This document shows positions 27,014 through 36,237 of a DNA stretch of 47,652 nt, in pieces. A program made the position numbers and the translations under genes. Positions within the stretch are counted from its first letter, which is position 1. Each line of letters begins with the position of its first letter. The DNA comes from a virus. Lineage: Duplodnaviria; Caudoviricetes. Location: positions 1-47,652 of IMG/VR virus record IMGVR_UViG_3300012942_000064, one strand, 5' to 3'. Under the pieces are notes generated by a model. The model worked only from the letters and a program-made list of their open reading frames with translations. It ran no database searches and was not told the origin of the DNA.

Positions 27014-27721
27014 ATGGCAGCCAATCTGTGGATAAACCCTGAGGACTTAGGGGATGAGTTTTCTGATCTAGAATATGCTCAGGAAGCATGTGAAGCGGCA
27101 TCACAGTTGCTGTGGGCGCTATCTGGGCGTCGGTTCTCAGGCATTCAGTCTATTACGGAACTATACCTGATGCGTTCCAGAGAATATGAGAACATCCTCG
27201 TCTACGTGGCCGGAGTAGGACTCAGTATTGTGCCGGATAGCTACATTATCCGACCAGAAGACCTACGTGCACGCCGTGTACTGCTACGTGGCACCCCTGT
27301 ACGGTCCATCACCCAGATCACTGATCTAGAAGGCAATGAGATCGATCCATCAGAATACCATCTAGTTGATCACCGGTTCGTCGTCTTCCCTAAGCGATCC
27401 GGGCAGGACATCTTTGTCACCTACGAGTACGGGGTGGAACCCAACACCTATGGCAAGATGGCAGCCCGGACTCTGGCTATCCAGTTCGCGTTGCTATGGA
27501 GTGGCCGAGAGGATGAATGCACCCTCCCAGAACGTGTGACCAGTGTCACTCGACAAAACGTCTCCTGGACGATTCTTGATTCGCAGGACTTCATTGACAA
27601 CCTTCGAACAGGTGTCCCGGCTATTGACATGTTCCTCAAGTCCGTCAATCCATCCAAGGCCTTGCTCAAGTCTAAGGTGTTCTCACCGGATGTGACTCGG
27701 GCACGGCACCGCATCAGTTAA
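27014..27721 (+). CDS. Head-to-tail adaptor
   Basis: ASQLLWALSGRRF, LA..........C.LPERVTSVTRQNVS, TG...ID.FL..VNP; ATG 27014 spaced from AAAGGA. Confidence 0.8.
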   Translation: MAANLWINPEDLGDEFSDLEYAQEACEAASQLLWALSGRRFSGIQSITELYLMRSREYENILVYVAGVGLSIVPDSYIIRPEDLRARRVLLRGTPVRSITQITDLEGNEIDPSEYHLVDHRFVVFPKRSGQDIFVTYEYGVEPNTYGKMAARTLAIQFALLWSGREDECTLPERVTSVTRQNVSWTILDSQDFIDNLRTGVPAIDMFLKSVNPSKALLKSKVFSPDVTRARHRIS

Positions 27722-27733
27722 CGAAAGACAATC

Positions 27734-28246
27734 ATGGCAACGACAATCCCAGACATAAACAACTACCCTATTGATGATGATGCCAAACTCGTCATGAACA
27801 TGATGCAACGTGTGCTTGACACCGTTGTTGGCGTGTACGAGCAGATGGGTGTCCCACTCCCGGCTCGCCAGTTCTGGACCACAGGAGGCGCTGTGGAGGA
27901 CTGTGAGCAGGTCACCGTCAATCTGATCCAAGCCTACCTCGGTAACCCCGGAGATCAGGCTACACAGCCTCAGCGATGCAATGTAGCGCGGAGTGCTGTG
28001 CTTAACATTGCTGTGACTCGTAACTTCCCAATTGGAGAGAATGGCAAGGCGGTATCCCCTGATCGAATCATGCAGGGCAGCGCTTGGGCCATGATCGATG
28101 TTCAGGTTCTGCTAGAGGCCCTGCGCTCCTTTGATCAGTGGTCAGACGGTGGACCTGGACTCGGTGTGATCGCCACCGTGTCTCCTGCGGACCCAAGTGG
28201 TGGCGTTCAAACCGTCAATATGAATTTGACGATGGCGATTGGTTGA
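27734..28246 (+). CDS. Virion connector / tail terminator-like protein
   Basis: Position between adaptor and tail-completion gene; DCEQVTV and PSGG motifs. Confidence 0.6.
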   Translation: MATTIPDINNYPIDDDAKLVMNMMQRVLDTVVGVYEQMGVPLPARQFWTTGGAVEDCEQVTVNLIQAYLGNPGDQATQPQRCNVARSAVLNIAVTRNFPIGENGKAVSPDRIMQGSAWAMIDVQVLLEALRSFDQWSDGGPGLGVIATVSPADPSGGVQTVNMNLTMAIG

Positions 28247-28248
28247 TC

Positions 28249-28665
28249 ATGTCACTCACGTTCTCCTTCCAAGATGTGAAATTCTACGAGCCGGAATTCG
28301 ACCGATTCAAGAATGAACCATCTGGAGAAATTGGTACAGCTATGCGCAAGCGTGGTGAGTTGATCCTAGCATTCGGTAAGGCCAAAGTCGGCAAGGACAC
28401 CGGAGAACTCGCTGCGGCTCTCCATGTTATGCATAAGCGCATCGGACAATATCAAGAGGTCTGGATCGGTTCTGGACAGATTTGGGAGTCTGCTGGCAGA
28501 CCCATCCACCACAATGGAGCCCGACCGCATGGCATTGATGCCAAGCCTGGCAAGATGCTTCGATTCACCTCTAAGGGTCGTGTTGTATATACACATCATG
28601 TCAACCATCCGGGAAATAAGCCTAATAGGTACCTTAGTGACGGTCTGATACTGGCATATACATGA
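28249..28665 (+). CDS. HK97 gp10-like tail completion protein
   Basis: ATG 28249 just after the previous stop; DTGELAA, HHNGARPH, V..HHVNHPGNKPNRYL. Confidence 0.7.
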   Translation: MSLTFSFQDVKFYEPEFDRFKNEPSGEIGTAMRKRGELILAFGKAKVGKDTGELAAALHVMHKRIGQYQEVWIGSGQIWESAGRPIHHNGARPHGIDAKPGKMLRFTSKGRVVYTHHVNHPGNKPNRYLSDGLILAYT

Positions 28666-28676
28666 TATGATAGATT
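28663..28676 (+). promoter_or_regulatory. Extended -10 promoter(s) before the tail assembly chaperone
   Basis: Overlapping TGATATGAT and TGATAGATT. Confidence 0.5.
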
Positions 28677-28720
28677 TGCTCGATTTGAGCAAATGACACA
28701 TCCTGAAAGAGAGAAGCAAT

Positions 28721-29047
28721 ATGTCCAGATTCAAGGATTTCGGTGGCGGAAACAAGCAGTACCAGCCACTTTCCTTCCGTCTTCACGGTGAGGAATTCCA
28801 GGCACACCCAGCAATTCAAGGCAAGGTTCTGATCGACCTGGCCAAGGAGTCTTCAGCCGGAGATGCGGCTGCGGCGGGTGTGATGCTGGAGTTCTTCGAG
28901 AAGGTACTCGTTCCAGAAAGTTATGCGCGATTCAGTGATCTGATCGAGTCTCCGGACAAGATCGTAGAAGCCGAGACCCTCGGGGAGATCACCGCATGGC
29001 TGATGGAGGAGTACACGAATCGCCCGGAAGCGCCGTCCAGGGGCTGA
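28721..29047 (+). CDS. Tail assembly chaperone (G)
   Basis: Position before tape measure; F.LHGEEF, ESYARF, L.EI..WL.EEYT.RP ending. Confidence 0.8.
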   Translation: MSRFKDFGGGNKQYQPLSFRLHGEEFQAHPAIQGKVLIDLAKESSAGDAAAAGVMLEFFEKVLVPESYARFSDLIESPDKIVEAETLGEITAWLMEEYTNRPEAPSRG

Positions 29048-29478
29048 CCAACTGGGCGGTTGACCTCTGGCCCTATATCAACGGAAAGGCTCTGATGAGC
29101 GGGATCGACCTCGAAGAGTTGGAGGCCAGCCAGACGCTGGATGTGCTGCACTATCTCTTCGAAGAGGACACGCACCACCAGAGCGAAGAATCCATCTCAT
29201 CACGTTCGACAATCCGGGTGGCCTTGTACCGAGACTTCTACCACAAGGAGTACAAGTACCCGTATGTCTCCAAGAAGGCCAGCACGGAGTCCTATCAGAC
29301 GGCCTCGGCAACAGATTTCGGTACCTTCTCGGAAGAGCAGGCTGAGATGATGTCGGTGAACCCGTTTGATCCGAAGCGCCGAGAGACGAAGCCGTATATT
29401 CCACCGACAGTTTTGGATGCGAATAGTGCGGACCCGCTAGGACTAGGTGACCCGACCAGTAGACCGTTGAGTAAGTGA
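28996..29478 (+). CDS. Tail assembly chaperone second ORF (T), -1 frame, possibly reached by frameshift
   Basis: Overlaps G by 52 nt in the -1 frame and ends just before tape measure. Confidence 0.65.
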   Translation: MADGGVHESPGSAVQGLTNWAVDLWPYINGKALMSGIDLEELEASQTLDVLHYLFEEDTHHQSEESISSRSTIRVALYRDFYHKEYKYPYVSKKASTESYQTASATDFGTFSEEQAEMMSVNPFDPKRRETKPYIPPTVLDANSADPLGLGDPTSRPLSK

Positions 29479-29499
29479 GTAGGAGAGGAGGCTGAATAA

Positions 29500-32400
29500 A
29501 TGGCTCTCGTAGGAGAAGCGCACGTCATTGTACGTGCTATTACCGATCAAGTCGGTAACGACATCAAGAAGGGCTTTTCGAAGGCCTCCTCTTCTGCTGA
29601 TTCTGATGCTCGCCGTGCTGGAGAATCACTCAGCAACTCATTCCTACGAGGATTCAACAAGAATCAGTTCGACAATATCTTCACCCGATTCTCTGCTGGC
29701 CTGAATACGGCCATTCCCGGCCTCAACCGGGCCTATAACACATTCCACACGCTGATTGCCACAGCATACACCCTGCAAGCCACTCTGTCTGGTATCGTGG
29801 GAGCCATTGCTTCCGTCGTGAGTGCCTTTGGTTCCCTCATCGGGTCTGCTGGTGGTGCGGCGGCATCCATGATTGTACTGGGTAATGCCGTCTTTGCCTT
29901 GGGCTCTGCCATGGCTGCGATCAAGCTCGGATTCTCTGGTATAGGTGCGGCCATCACGAAGTCGATGAGCACATCTGGGGCTGCTACCTCTTCGATGCGT
30001 GCCATGGCCACGGCCGCAAATGCAGTCAATGATGCGGAGAAGCGTCTGGCGCAGACGATCCAGAATAACCGAGATCGCATCATTGACGCCAACAATGATG
30101 TTCGCGATGCACAACTCAAGCTGAATGCCGCAATCAAGGAGGGTCAGGAGCAGATTCAGCAAGCTGGGTTCAGTGCGGAGGACGCCGCCCTGGCTGAGAA
30201 GCGTGCTGCACTCAACTTGGAGGATGCGCGAACCAAGCTTGCTGCTGTTCAAGACCTACCACCGAACTCTCGGGCTCGTCAGGAAGCTGAACTCGCCTAT
30301 CAGGAAGCAGACCTTGCATATCGAGAGGCAAAGGATCGTGCTGCTGATGCTGAAGCCGAGCAGGATAGGCTCGCTAAGACCGGTGTACGGGGCACAGACG
30401 CGGTTATCTCGGCCCAGAATGCACTAGCCAAGGCGGAAGCTAATCGGGCTAAGACAGTCCGTGATGCTGCCCAGGATGAGGCGGATGCCCAAGATGCTTT
30501 GGCGAAGGCTCGACAGAATGCTGCAACGGCCGGAGCAGGTGGCGGTGGCGGAGGGACTGACCCACTGGCTGGCCTGACACAGACGCAGAAGGACTTCGTT
30601 AACTTCATGGTTAAGGAAGTCATGCCGAAGGTCAAGCAGTTGAAGGCAGCAGTCTCCGATGCGCTGCTTCCGCCGATCCAGCAGGCTCTGACGCTGCTTA
30701 TTGCTGACAAGCCGTTCGATGTTATCAAGAGTGGTCTGGTGGGTGTGTCCGGGGCGGTCGGCGGTGCGGCATTGGCCATTGCACAGTCTGTGGCCAATGC
30801 GGATAATCTGAGCAAGCTATCTGCGATCTTTGAGTCGTCTGCTAAGATCATCACTTCGGCTGGTCAGGGTCTGAGCACGCTCTGGAGTATCATCATGACG
30901 CTCCTGTCGGCTTCGGCTCCACTGGCGGAACGGTTCTTCAATTTCGTCAATGACTCTTTTGACAAGTTCAACAAGTATTTGAATAGCCTACCCGAAGGCA
31001 CGTTGGAGGACTTCTTCACTCGTGCTGGTGATATTGCTGCTGATTTCGGTAAGGTTCTGGGGCGTATCTTCGGAGCATTCGGCAATCTGATCAAGGCGAA
31101 CTTCGCGGAGGGGAGCCCGGGTGACCAGTTCCTGAAGTGGATGGCTGGAGTTCAGAAGAGTGGTGACGATCTTGATCCGACCATCAAGAATGCTGAGGAT
31201 GTTCTTCGCTCTCTTGGTGATGTGATTAAGGCGATCTTCTCTCAGGCTTCGAATCCTGATATCGGTAAGGCATTCTCACAGTTCAGTAACCAGGACTTCC
31301 TGGATGCTATCAAGGAGATCGTCAAAGTCGGAACAGACGCGGCACCTACTCTCGCCGGTCTGGTTGTTCAGGTTGGTAAGCTGGCTGCGGCGATGTCCGA
31401 GTCCGGGGCTATCAAGAACTTCCTAGGAACCCTGCAAGAGCTTGCCAAGATTGCAACAGATTTCTTCAGCAGTGACTTTGGTCGAACATTGTTCACCATT
31501 ATTGGTCAGATCGGTGCCTTTGGTACAGCATTCTTCGTGGTCAATAAACTTGTAACCTTATACACCAAAGGCATTATCGGAAGTATCATGAATGTCTCTA
31601 AGGGCATTGGTACAACGATTACCGTAGTGAAGAGTCTAGCCACTGCACCTAAGGCTATTGTATCTGCATTCTCCGGAGCTTCTAAGACCTTGGACGGATT
31701 CCGTCAAGGTATGGCCGCATTGACATATTCTAGTAACCCTCTTGCTGCGGGAATTGGTCGAGTGGGGTCTGCTATCGGAACAATGAGCCAGGGACTAAAA
31801 ACCGCTGCTACATCAGTTGCTTCATTTGCATCTACCGTAGCTGGAAAGTTGGGCTCCGCGTTTAGTTCCATGGCCGGAGGATTAAAAACAGCCGCAACCT
31901 CAGTAGGGTCATTTACTTCTAATTTGGCAAAGAATGCCGCCCAAGGAATTAAAACAGCAGCCGTGTGGACTGGAACGATGCTTAAGAGTCTTCCAGCTAT
32001 GACGGTAGCATTGGCCAAGAACACGGCTGCTATTGCCGTCAACATTGCTCAATGGATTGCTCAGAAAGCAGTACTTATTGCCTCTAAGGTAGCTGGCCTT
32101 GCTACTGCGGCTTGGCAGGGAATTGTTACGGCTGCACAATGGCTTTGGAACGTTGCAATGGATGCCAACCCAATCGGTATTATCATCCTCGCTATAGGAG
32201 CCTTGGTAGCAGCAATTATTGCCCTGGCAGCAAACTGGGATAACATCGTCAAATGGATAACCGATGTTTGGAATGGATTCGTATCTTGGATAACACCAGG
32301 CCTTGAAGCATTCGGAGAATGGTTCAGTGGAGTCTGGCAGGGTATTTCAGATTTCTTTGCATCTATATGGAACACCGTAGTAGATGTATTCAAGGCCGCG

Positions 32401-33420
32401 TTTAATTTCCTCCTTAACCTATTCCTAAACTGGACCCTTCTCGGCCTCATCATCAGTCACTGGAATCAGATAGTCAAGTTCTTCTCTGATACTTGGAACA
32501 ATATCGTTAAGTTCTTCAAAGACGCTTGGGACAATATCGTTAAATTCTTCACCACTGCCATCGCTGTGTTCGTTCTCGCTTGGCAAACTGAGTGGAAATG
32601 GATCTCAGACTTCTTCTCCAATCTGTGGAATGGAATTTCTACAACATTCACAAATATTTGGAACGGAATTGTATCATTCTTCCAGGACGCATGGAACGGC
32701 ATGGTTGATTGGATAACTAATGCAGCCATAAATTATGTCAAGTTTTGGGTTGATTTGGGTCAAAATATTTCCGATTGGTGGAATGGGCTTTGGACCGGAA
32801 TTGGTCAATTCTTCCAGGATATTTGGAATGGAATTGTAGATTGGGGAAAGAATTTGTTCCTCGGCTACGTTTCTACAATGATGAATATCTTCAATGGTGT
32901 GACATCATGGTGGAACGGACTATGGAACGGAATCAACACCGCATTCCAGAACATCTGGAACGGCATCGTTGACTTCTTCAAGGGCATGGCCAACGGACTG
33001 CTCGGTCTTGTAGAAGGTATGGTCAACGGCATCATCGATATTGTGAACGGTGTCATCAAGCCATTGAATGATGTCGCCGCTGCCGTGGGTGCCGTCTTCG
33101 GTCAAACCTGGAGCATCCCTACTCTTGGCCATGTCTCCCTGCCACGACTCGCAAAGGGTGGAGTTGTCAAGGCCACCCCGGGCGGTGTAGCTGCTATCAT
33201 GGGAGAGGCTGGACAAGACGAACGAGTCGAGCCACTAGACGACAATGGACTTTCTGCACGAGACCGTGCACTGATCACCGCACTGACCCAGAACAACACG
33301 GGTAACGGTGTTCAGATTAGCGTAACCCAGCTTCCAGGAGAGAGCGGACAAGAATTGGCTGAGCGAATTTCCCGCATCTTGGCATTCAAGCAGCGTAAGG
33401 GAGGTGCCTCGTTCGCATGA
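29500..33420 (+). CDS. Tape measure protein
   Basis: 1306 aa Ala/Gly-rich helical; coiled-coil, ANPIGIII, periodic W/F repeats, PRLAKGG..GEAG..E.V.PL tail; AGAGGAGG SD. Confidence 0.93.
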   Translation: MALVGEAHVIVRAITDQVGNDIKKGFSKASSSADSDARRAGESLSNSFLRGFNKNQFDNIFTRFSAGLNTAIPGLNRAYNTFHTLIATAYTLQATLSGIVGAIASVVSAFGSLIGSAGGAAASMIVLGNAVFALGSAMAAIKLGFSGIGAAITKSMSTSGAATSSMRAMATAANAVNDAEKRLAQTIQNNRDRIIDANNDVRDAQLKLNAAIKEGQEQIQQAGFSAEDAALAEKRAALNLEDARTKLAAVQDLPPNSRARQEAELAYQEADLAYREAKDRAADAEAEQDRLAKTGVRGTDAVISAQNALAKAEANRAKTVRDAAQDEADAQDALAKARQNAATAGAGGGGGGTDPLAGLTQTQKDFVNFMVKEVMPKVKQLKAAVSDALLPPIQQALTLLIADKPFDVIKSGLVGVSGAVGGAALAIAQSVANADNLSKLSAIFESSAKIITSAGQGLSTLWSIIMTLLSASAPLAERFFNFVNDSFDKFNKYLNSLPEGTLEDFFTRAGDIAADFGKVLGRIFGAFGNLIKANFAEGSPGDQFLKWMAGVQKSGDDLDPTIKNAEDVLRSLGDVIKAIFSQASNPDIGKAFSQFSNQDFLDAIKEIVKVGTDAAPTLAGLVVQVGKLAAAMSESGAIKNFLGTLQELAKIATDFFSSDFGRTLFTIIGQIGAFGTAFFVVNKLVTLYTKGIIGSIMNVSKGIGTTITVVKSLATAPKAIVSAFSGASKTLDGFRQGMAALTYSSNPLAAGIGRVGSAIGTMSQGLKTAATSVASFASTVAGKLGSAFSSMAGGLKTAATSVGSFTSNLAKNAAQGIKTAAVWTGTMLKSLPAMTVALAKNTAAIAVNIAQWIAQKAVLIASKVAGLATAAWQGIVTAAQWLWNVAMDANPIGIIILAIGALVAAIIALAANWDNIVKWITDVWNGFVSWITPGLEAFGEWFSGVWQGISDFFASIWNTVVDVFKAAFNFLLNLFLNWTLLGLIISHWNQIVKFFSDTWNNIVKFFKDAWDNIVKFFTTAIAVFVLAWQTEWKWISDFFSNLWNGISTTFTNIWNGIVSFFQDAWNGMVDWITNAAINYVKFWVDLGQNISDWWNGLWTGIGQFFQDIWNGIVDWGKNLFLGYVSTMMNIFNGVTSWWNGLWNGINTAFQNIWNGIVDFFKGMANGLLGLVEGMVNGIIDIVNGVIKPLNDVAAAVGAVFGQTWSIPTLGHVSLPRLAKGGVVKATPGGVAAIMGEAGQDERVEPLDDNGLSARDRALITALTQNNTGNGVQISVTQLPGESGQELAERISRILAFKQRKGGASFA

Positions 33421-36224
33421 CCACGAGAGTAAACCTATACCCAGACCCGTCATTTCGTGATGGACTGACACATGTCACGGCACTCAATGGTGCCACACTC
33501 TCCATTACAACAGACTACGCCTTCTATGGTGACCAGGCCTTGCTCATCACCAAAGCCGCTGAAGCCTCTTCGGGGTTCTCCTCAGCCAGCATCACGGTCA
33601 TCGCGGGGCTGCCCTATGCTATCTCTGTCTATGCTCGACTACCACTAGTACTCCCAGCAGCAGAAGCATCCGACCTCGTACTACAGGTCCAATGGCTGGA
33701 TGCGAGTAACTCGGTCATTCAGACGGACATCTCTGGTGCCTACAGCATTTCTGATGATGTGAACTGGTCCCGCCTCTCCAGTGTCTGGACTGCCCCAGCC
33801 ACGGCCGTTGGGGCTGTACTTCAAGTGGTACAGCCCACAGCCGGAACGGCTGGTCAAGTCTTCATCGTTGATGCCATCCTCTTCGAACAGGCCGAATATG
33901 TCGGAGGATTCTTCGAGAACGTCTCCTGGGCAGAAAAGAAAGCCGCTGCGGACAAGGTATTATCCACACCGACACCCATGCAGTACAACGGACTGCAACT
34001 GAATGCAGATATCGTTCTCAACGACCTTATCCTCAACACCATTGACGAAGACGGCACCATCTGGGTGTGCACCGGACTAGAAGGCTGGTGGGGACAAGCT
34101 GAACCAAGCTCACCGGATATTCCCCGAGGAACTGAAGATGGCTCCTATGATGTATCCGGACGGTACCTGGCTCGTATCATCAACCTGACCGGAGTCTTCT
34201 TCCCGAAGAACACCGGAGCAGCCCTCTCCCAGGCTCGTGACCGCCTAGTGACCGCCAGTAACCTCGTACGACGCGGCGGATGGCTACGAGCCGCAGAAGA
34301 GCCCACGAAGGCTGCATTCGTGCGATTGAGTGGCAAGCCACAGATCAGCACCGTCAATGCCCGAGGTCGAACTGAGTTCAGCATCGGTCTGAAGGCCGGA
34401 GACCCGATCAAGTACGAGTGGAATGACTCCGACCCTGAGGGCTATCGACATGTCAACTTTGGTGCTGCTGACGGGTCGGGAGAAACCGACAATAACGGTA
34501 CTGCAACAGTGACCGCTGTTCTGACCCTGACTGGGCCACTCGGAGCCGGGTCCACGGTGCACAACTCCGCGACCAGTGAAACGCTGACCCTCATTCAATC
34601 CCTCCGAGGAGCCGGACCCGTTGCTACCGTAGAAACGACAGCCGTCACCAACAATGTGGCCACCATCACCACAACCGCCAACCATGGCCTGATTGCAGGA
34701 GACACAATCTCACTCTCCGGAGTCGGATCACCATATGACACGACGACCTCAGATTATGTGGTCACCTCGGCCACCCAGGACTTCCCCTACACCATCAACT
34801 TCGCACTGACCTCTGATGATATTCAAGAAGGCCCAGCTAGCGGTACGGTAACCCTGGTGAACAACGACCAGCTAATCATCGACACCTACAACCGCAGTGT
34901 GACCTTCAATGGGCAGACCACTGGACAGCGTAACAAACTGGAAACCCTGACGGACTGGATCACCATCGCACCCGGTACGAACATCATCGAGTACTTCGAT
35001 ACGATTGACCATATCGGCGTCATCAATAAGCAACTTCTCAGCAACATCGTGACACTGACCACAGACGACATTCACGGGCTTATTCCCGGTGAATCGGTCA
35101 TCATCAATCTTCCAACTGACCGAGAACTGGTGAAGAAGAGTCTCACCGGCAACGTCGTCACCCTGACGACCACAGAAGCACACGGATACTCAGTCGGGGA
35201 TGAGATTGATGTCGCCTCGGTCGAAACCATCGCTGTAGACAATAAGACAGCCACGACCACTGCCGCAACACTGCGAACCGTAGACGACCACGGTATCACA
35301 GCCGGAGATATCGTCATCGTGGACTTGCCGATAACCGCCACCCCAACAGCCAAGAGCCTCGCATCTAATGTCGTGACCTTGACGACACAGGGTGCTCATA
35401 ATTTCTCCCTCGGGGATGCAGTCGCTGTGGCTATGCCAACTTCGGCCACCATCACGAGCAAAGCCCTGTCTTCCAATCAAGCCACCCTGACTACCGCAGC
35501 TAGCCATGGATTCCTACCCGGTGAATCGATCACCGTTGCGCTTCCAAGCACAGCGAGTATCACCAAGAAGCAGCGATCCGGATCACAGGCTATTATCACC
35601 ACCTCCGCGGCCCACGGATTCTCGACCAACGACCAGGTGACCATTGCACTTCCGACTACAGCAACGCTGACGAATTCCCGATCCATGGCCGGATCAGCCG
35701 GAGGCTACCTGGCCACATTGAATACATCGGCGGCACACAATTTCTCAGTCGGAGACAAGATCACCGTGAACATCGGTGTCGCAAGCACCGCTACCATCAC
35801 CAACCGTGCCTCATCGGGAACCACGAGAACACTCACATTCGCTGCACACACGTTCTCAGTCGGGGAGAAGATCACCGTCACCGGAGTGAACGCCTCCTAC
35901 AACGGTGTCTTCTATATCACGGCGGTCACCAGCACCACGATCTCCTATACAGCTTCTGCCAGCCTGTCGGAGAGTACAACAGCCCAGACCGGAACCGTCA
36001 CCGACAACACCATCAGTGACTACTATAATGGAGTACATATCGTTGAGACGATCCCTACATCCACTTCATTGACATTCCTGGTATATGGCCAAGAGACAGC
36101 GACCAGTAGCACAAAGACCGGTTCCGGAGCCACACTCACGGACAACACCAACCAGACCTTCAATGGAACCTATGCGATCCAGAATGTCACCAGCACCACC
36201 TTCGCATACAATTACGCTACATAA
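33417..36224 (+). CDS. Minor tail protein: distal-tail (Dit)-like core with N-terminal CBM-like domain and nested beta half-repeats
   Basis: First gene after tape measure; GLEGWWG, DGSY..R..ARIINLTG, LKAGDPIKY, IAPGTN; 8 consecutive T..H.F..GD.I half-repeats followed by 3 Y/FNG half-repeats. Confidence 0.8.
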   Translation: MTTRVNLYPDPSFRDGLTHVTALNGATLSITTDYAFYGDQALLITKAAEASSGFSSASITVIAGLPYAISVYARLPLVLPAAEASDLVLQVQWLDASNSVIQTDISGAYSISDDVNWSRLSSVWTAPATAVGAVLQVVQPTAGTAGQVFIVDAILFEQAEYVGGFFENVSWAEKKAAADKVLSTPTPMQYNGLQLNADIVLNDLILNTIDEDGTIWVCTGLEGWWGQAEPSSPDIPRGTEDGSYDVSGRYLARIINLTGVFFPKNTGAALSQARDRLVTASNLVRRGGWLRAAEEPTKAAFVRLSGKPQISTVNARGRTEFSIGLKAGDPIKYEWNDSDPEGYRHVNFGAADGSGETDNNGTATVTAVLTLTGPLGAGSTVHNSATSETLTLIQSLRGAGPVATVETTAVTNNVATITTTANHGLIAGDTISLSGVGSPYDTTTSDYVVTSATQDFPYTINFALTSDDIQEGPASGTVTLVNNDQLIIDTYNRSVTFNGQTTGQRNKLETLTDWITIAPGTNIIEYFDTIDHIGVINKQLLSNIVTLTTDDIHGLIPGESVIINLPTDRELVKKSLTGNVVTLTTTEAHGYSVGDEIDVASVETIAVDNKTATTTAATLRTVDDHGITAGDIVIVDLPITATPTAKSLASNVVTLTTQGAHNFSLGDAVAVAMPTSATITSKALSSNQATLTTAASHGFLPGESITVALPSTASITKKQRSGSQAIITTSAAHGFSTNDQVTIALPTTATLTNSRSMAGSAGGYLATLNTSAAHNFSVGDKITVNIGVASTATITNRASSGTTRTLTFAAHTFSVGEKITVTGVNASYNGVFYITAVTSTTISYTASASLSESTTAQTGTVTDNTISDYYNGVHIVETIPTSTSLTFLVYGQETATSSTKTGSGATLTDNTNQTFNGTYAIQNVTSTTFAYNYAT

Positions 36225-36237
36225 GGAGGAATGAACC

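Noticed and set aside
28138-28248. N-terminal extension of the gp10-like gene
   Set aside because: Overlaps the previous gene by over 100 nt; ATG 28249 follows its stop directly
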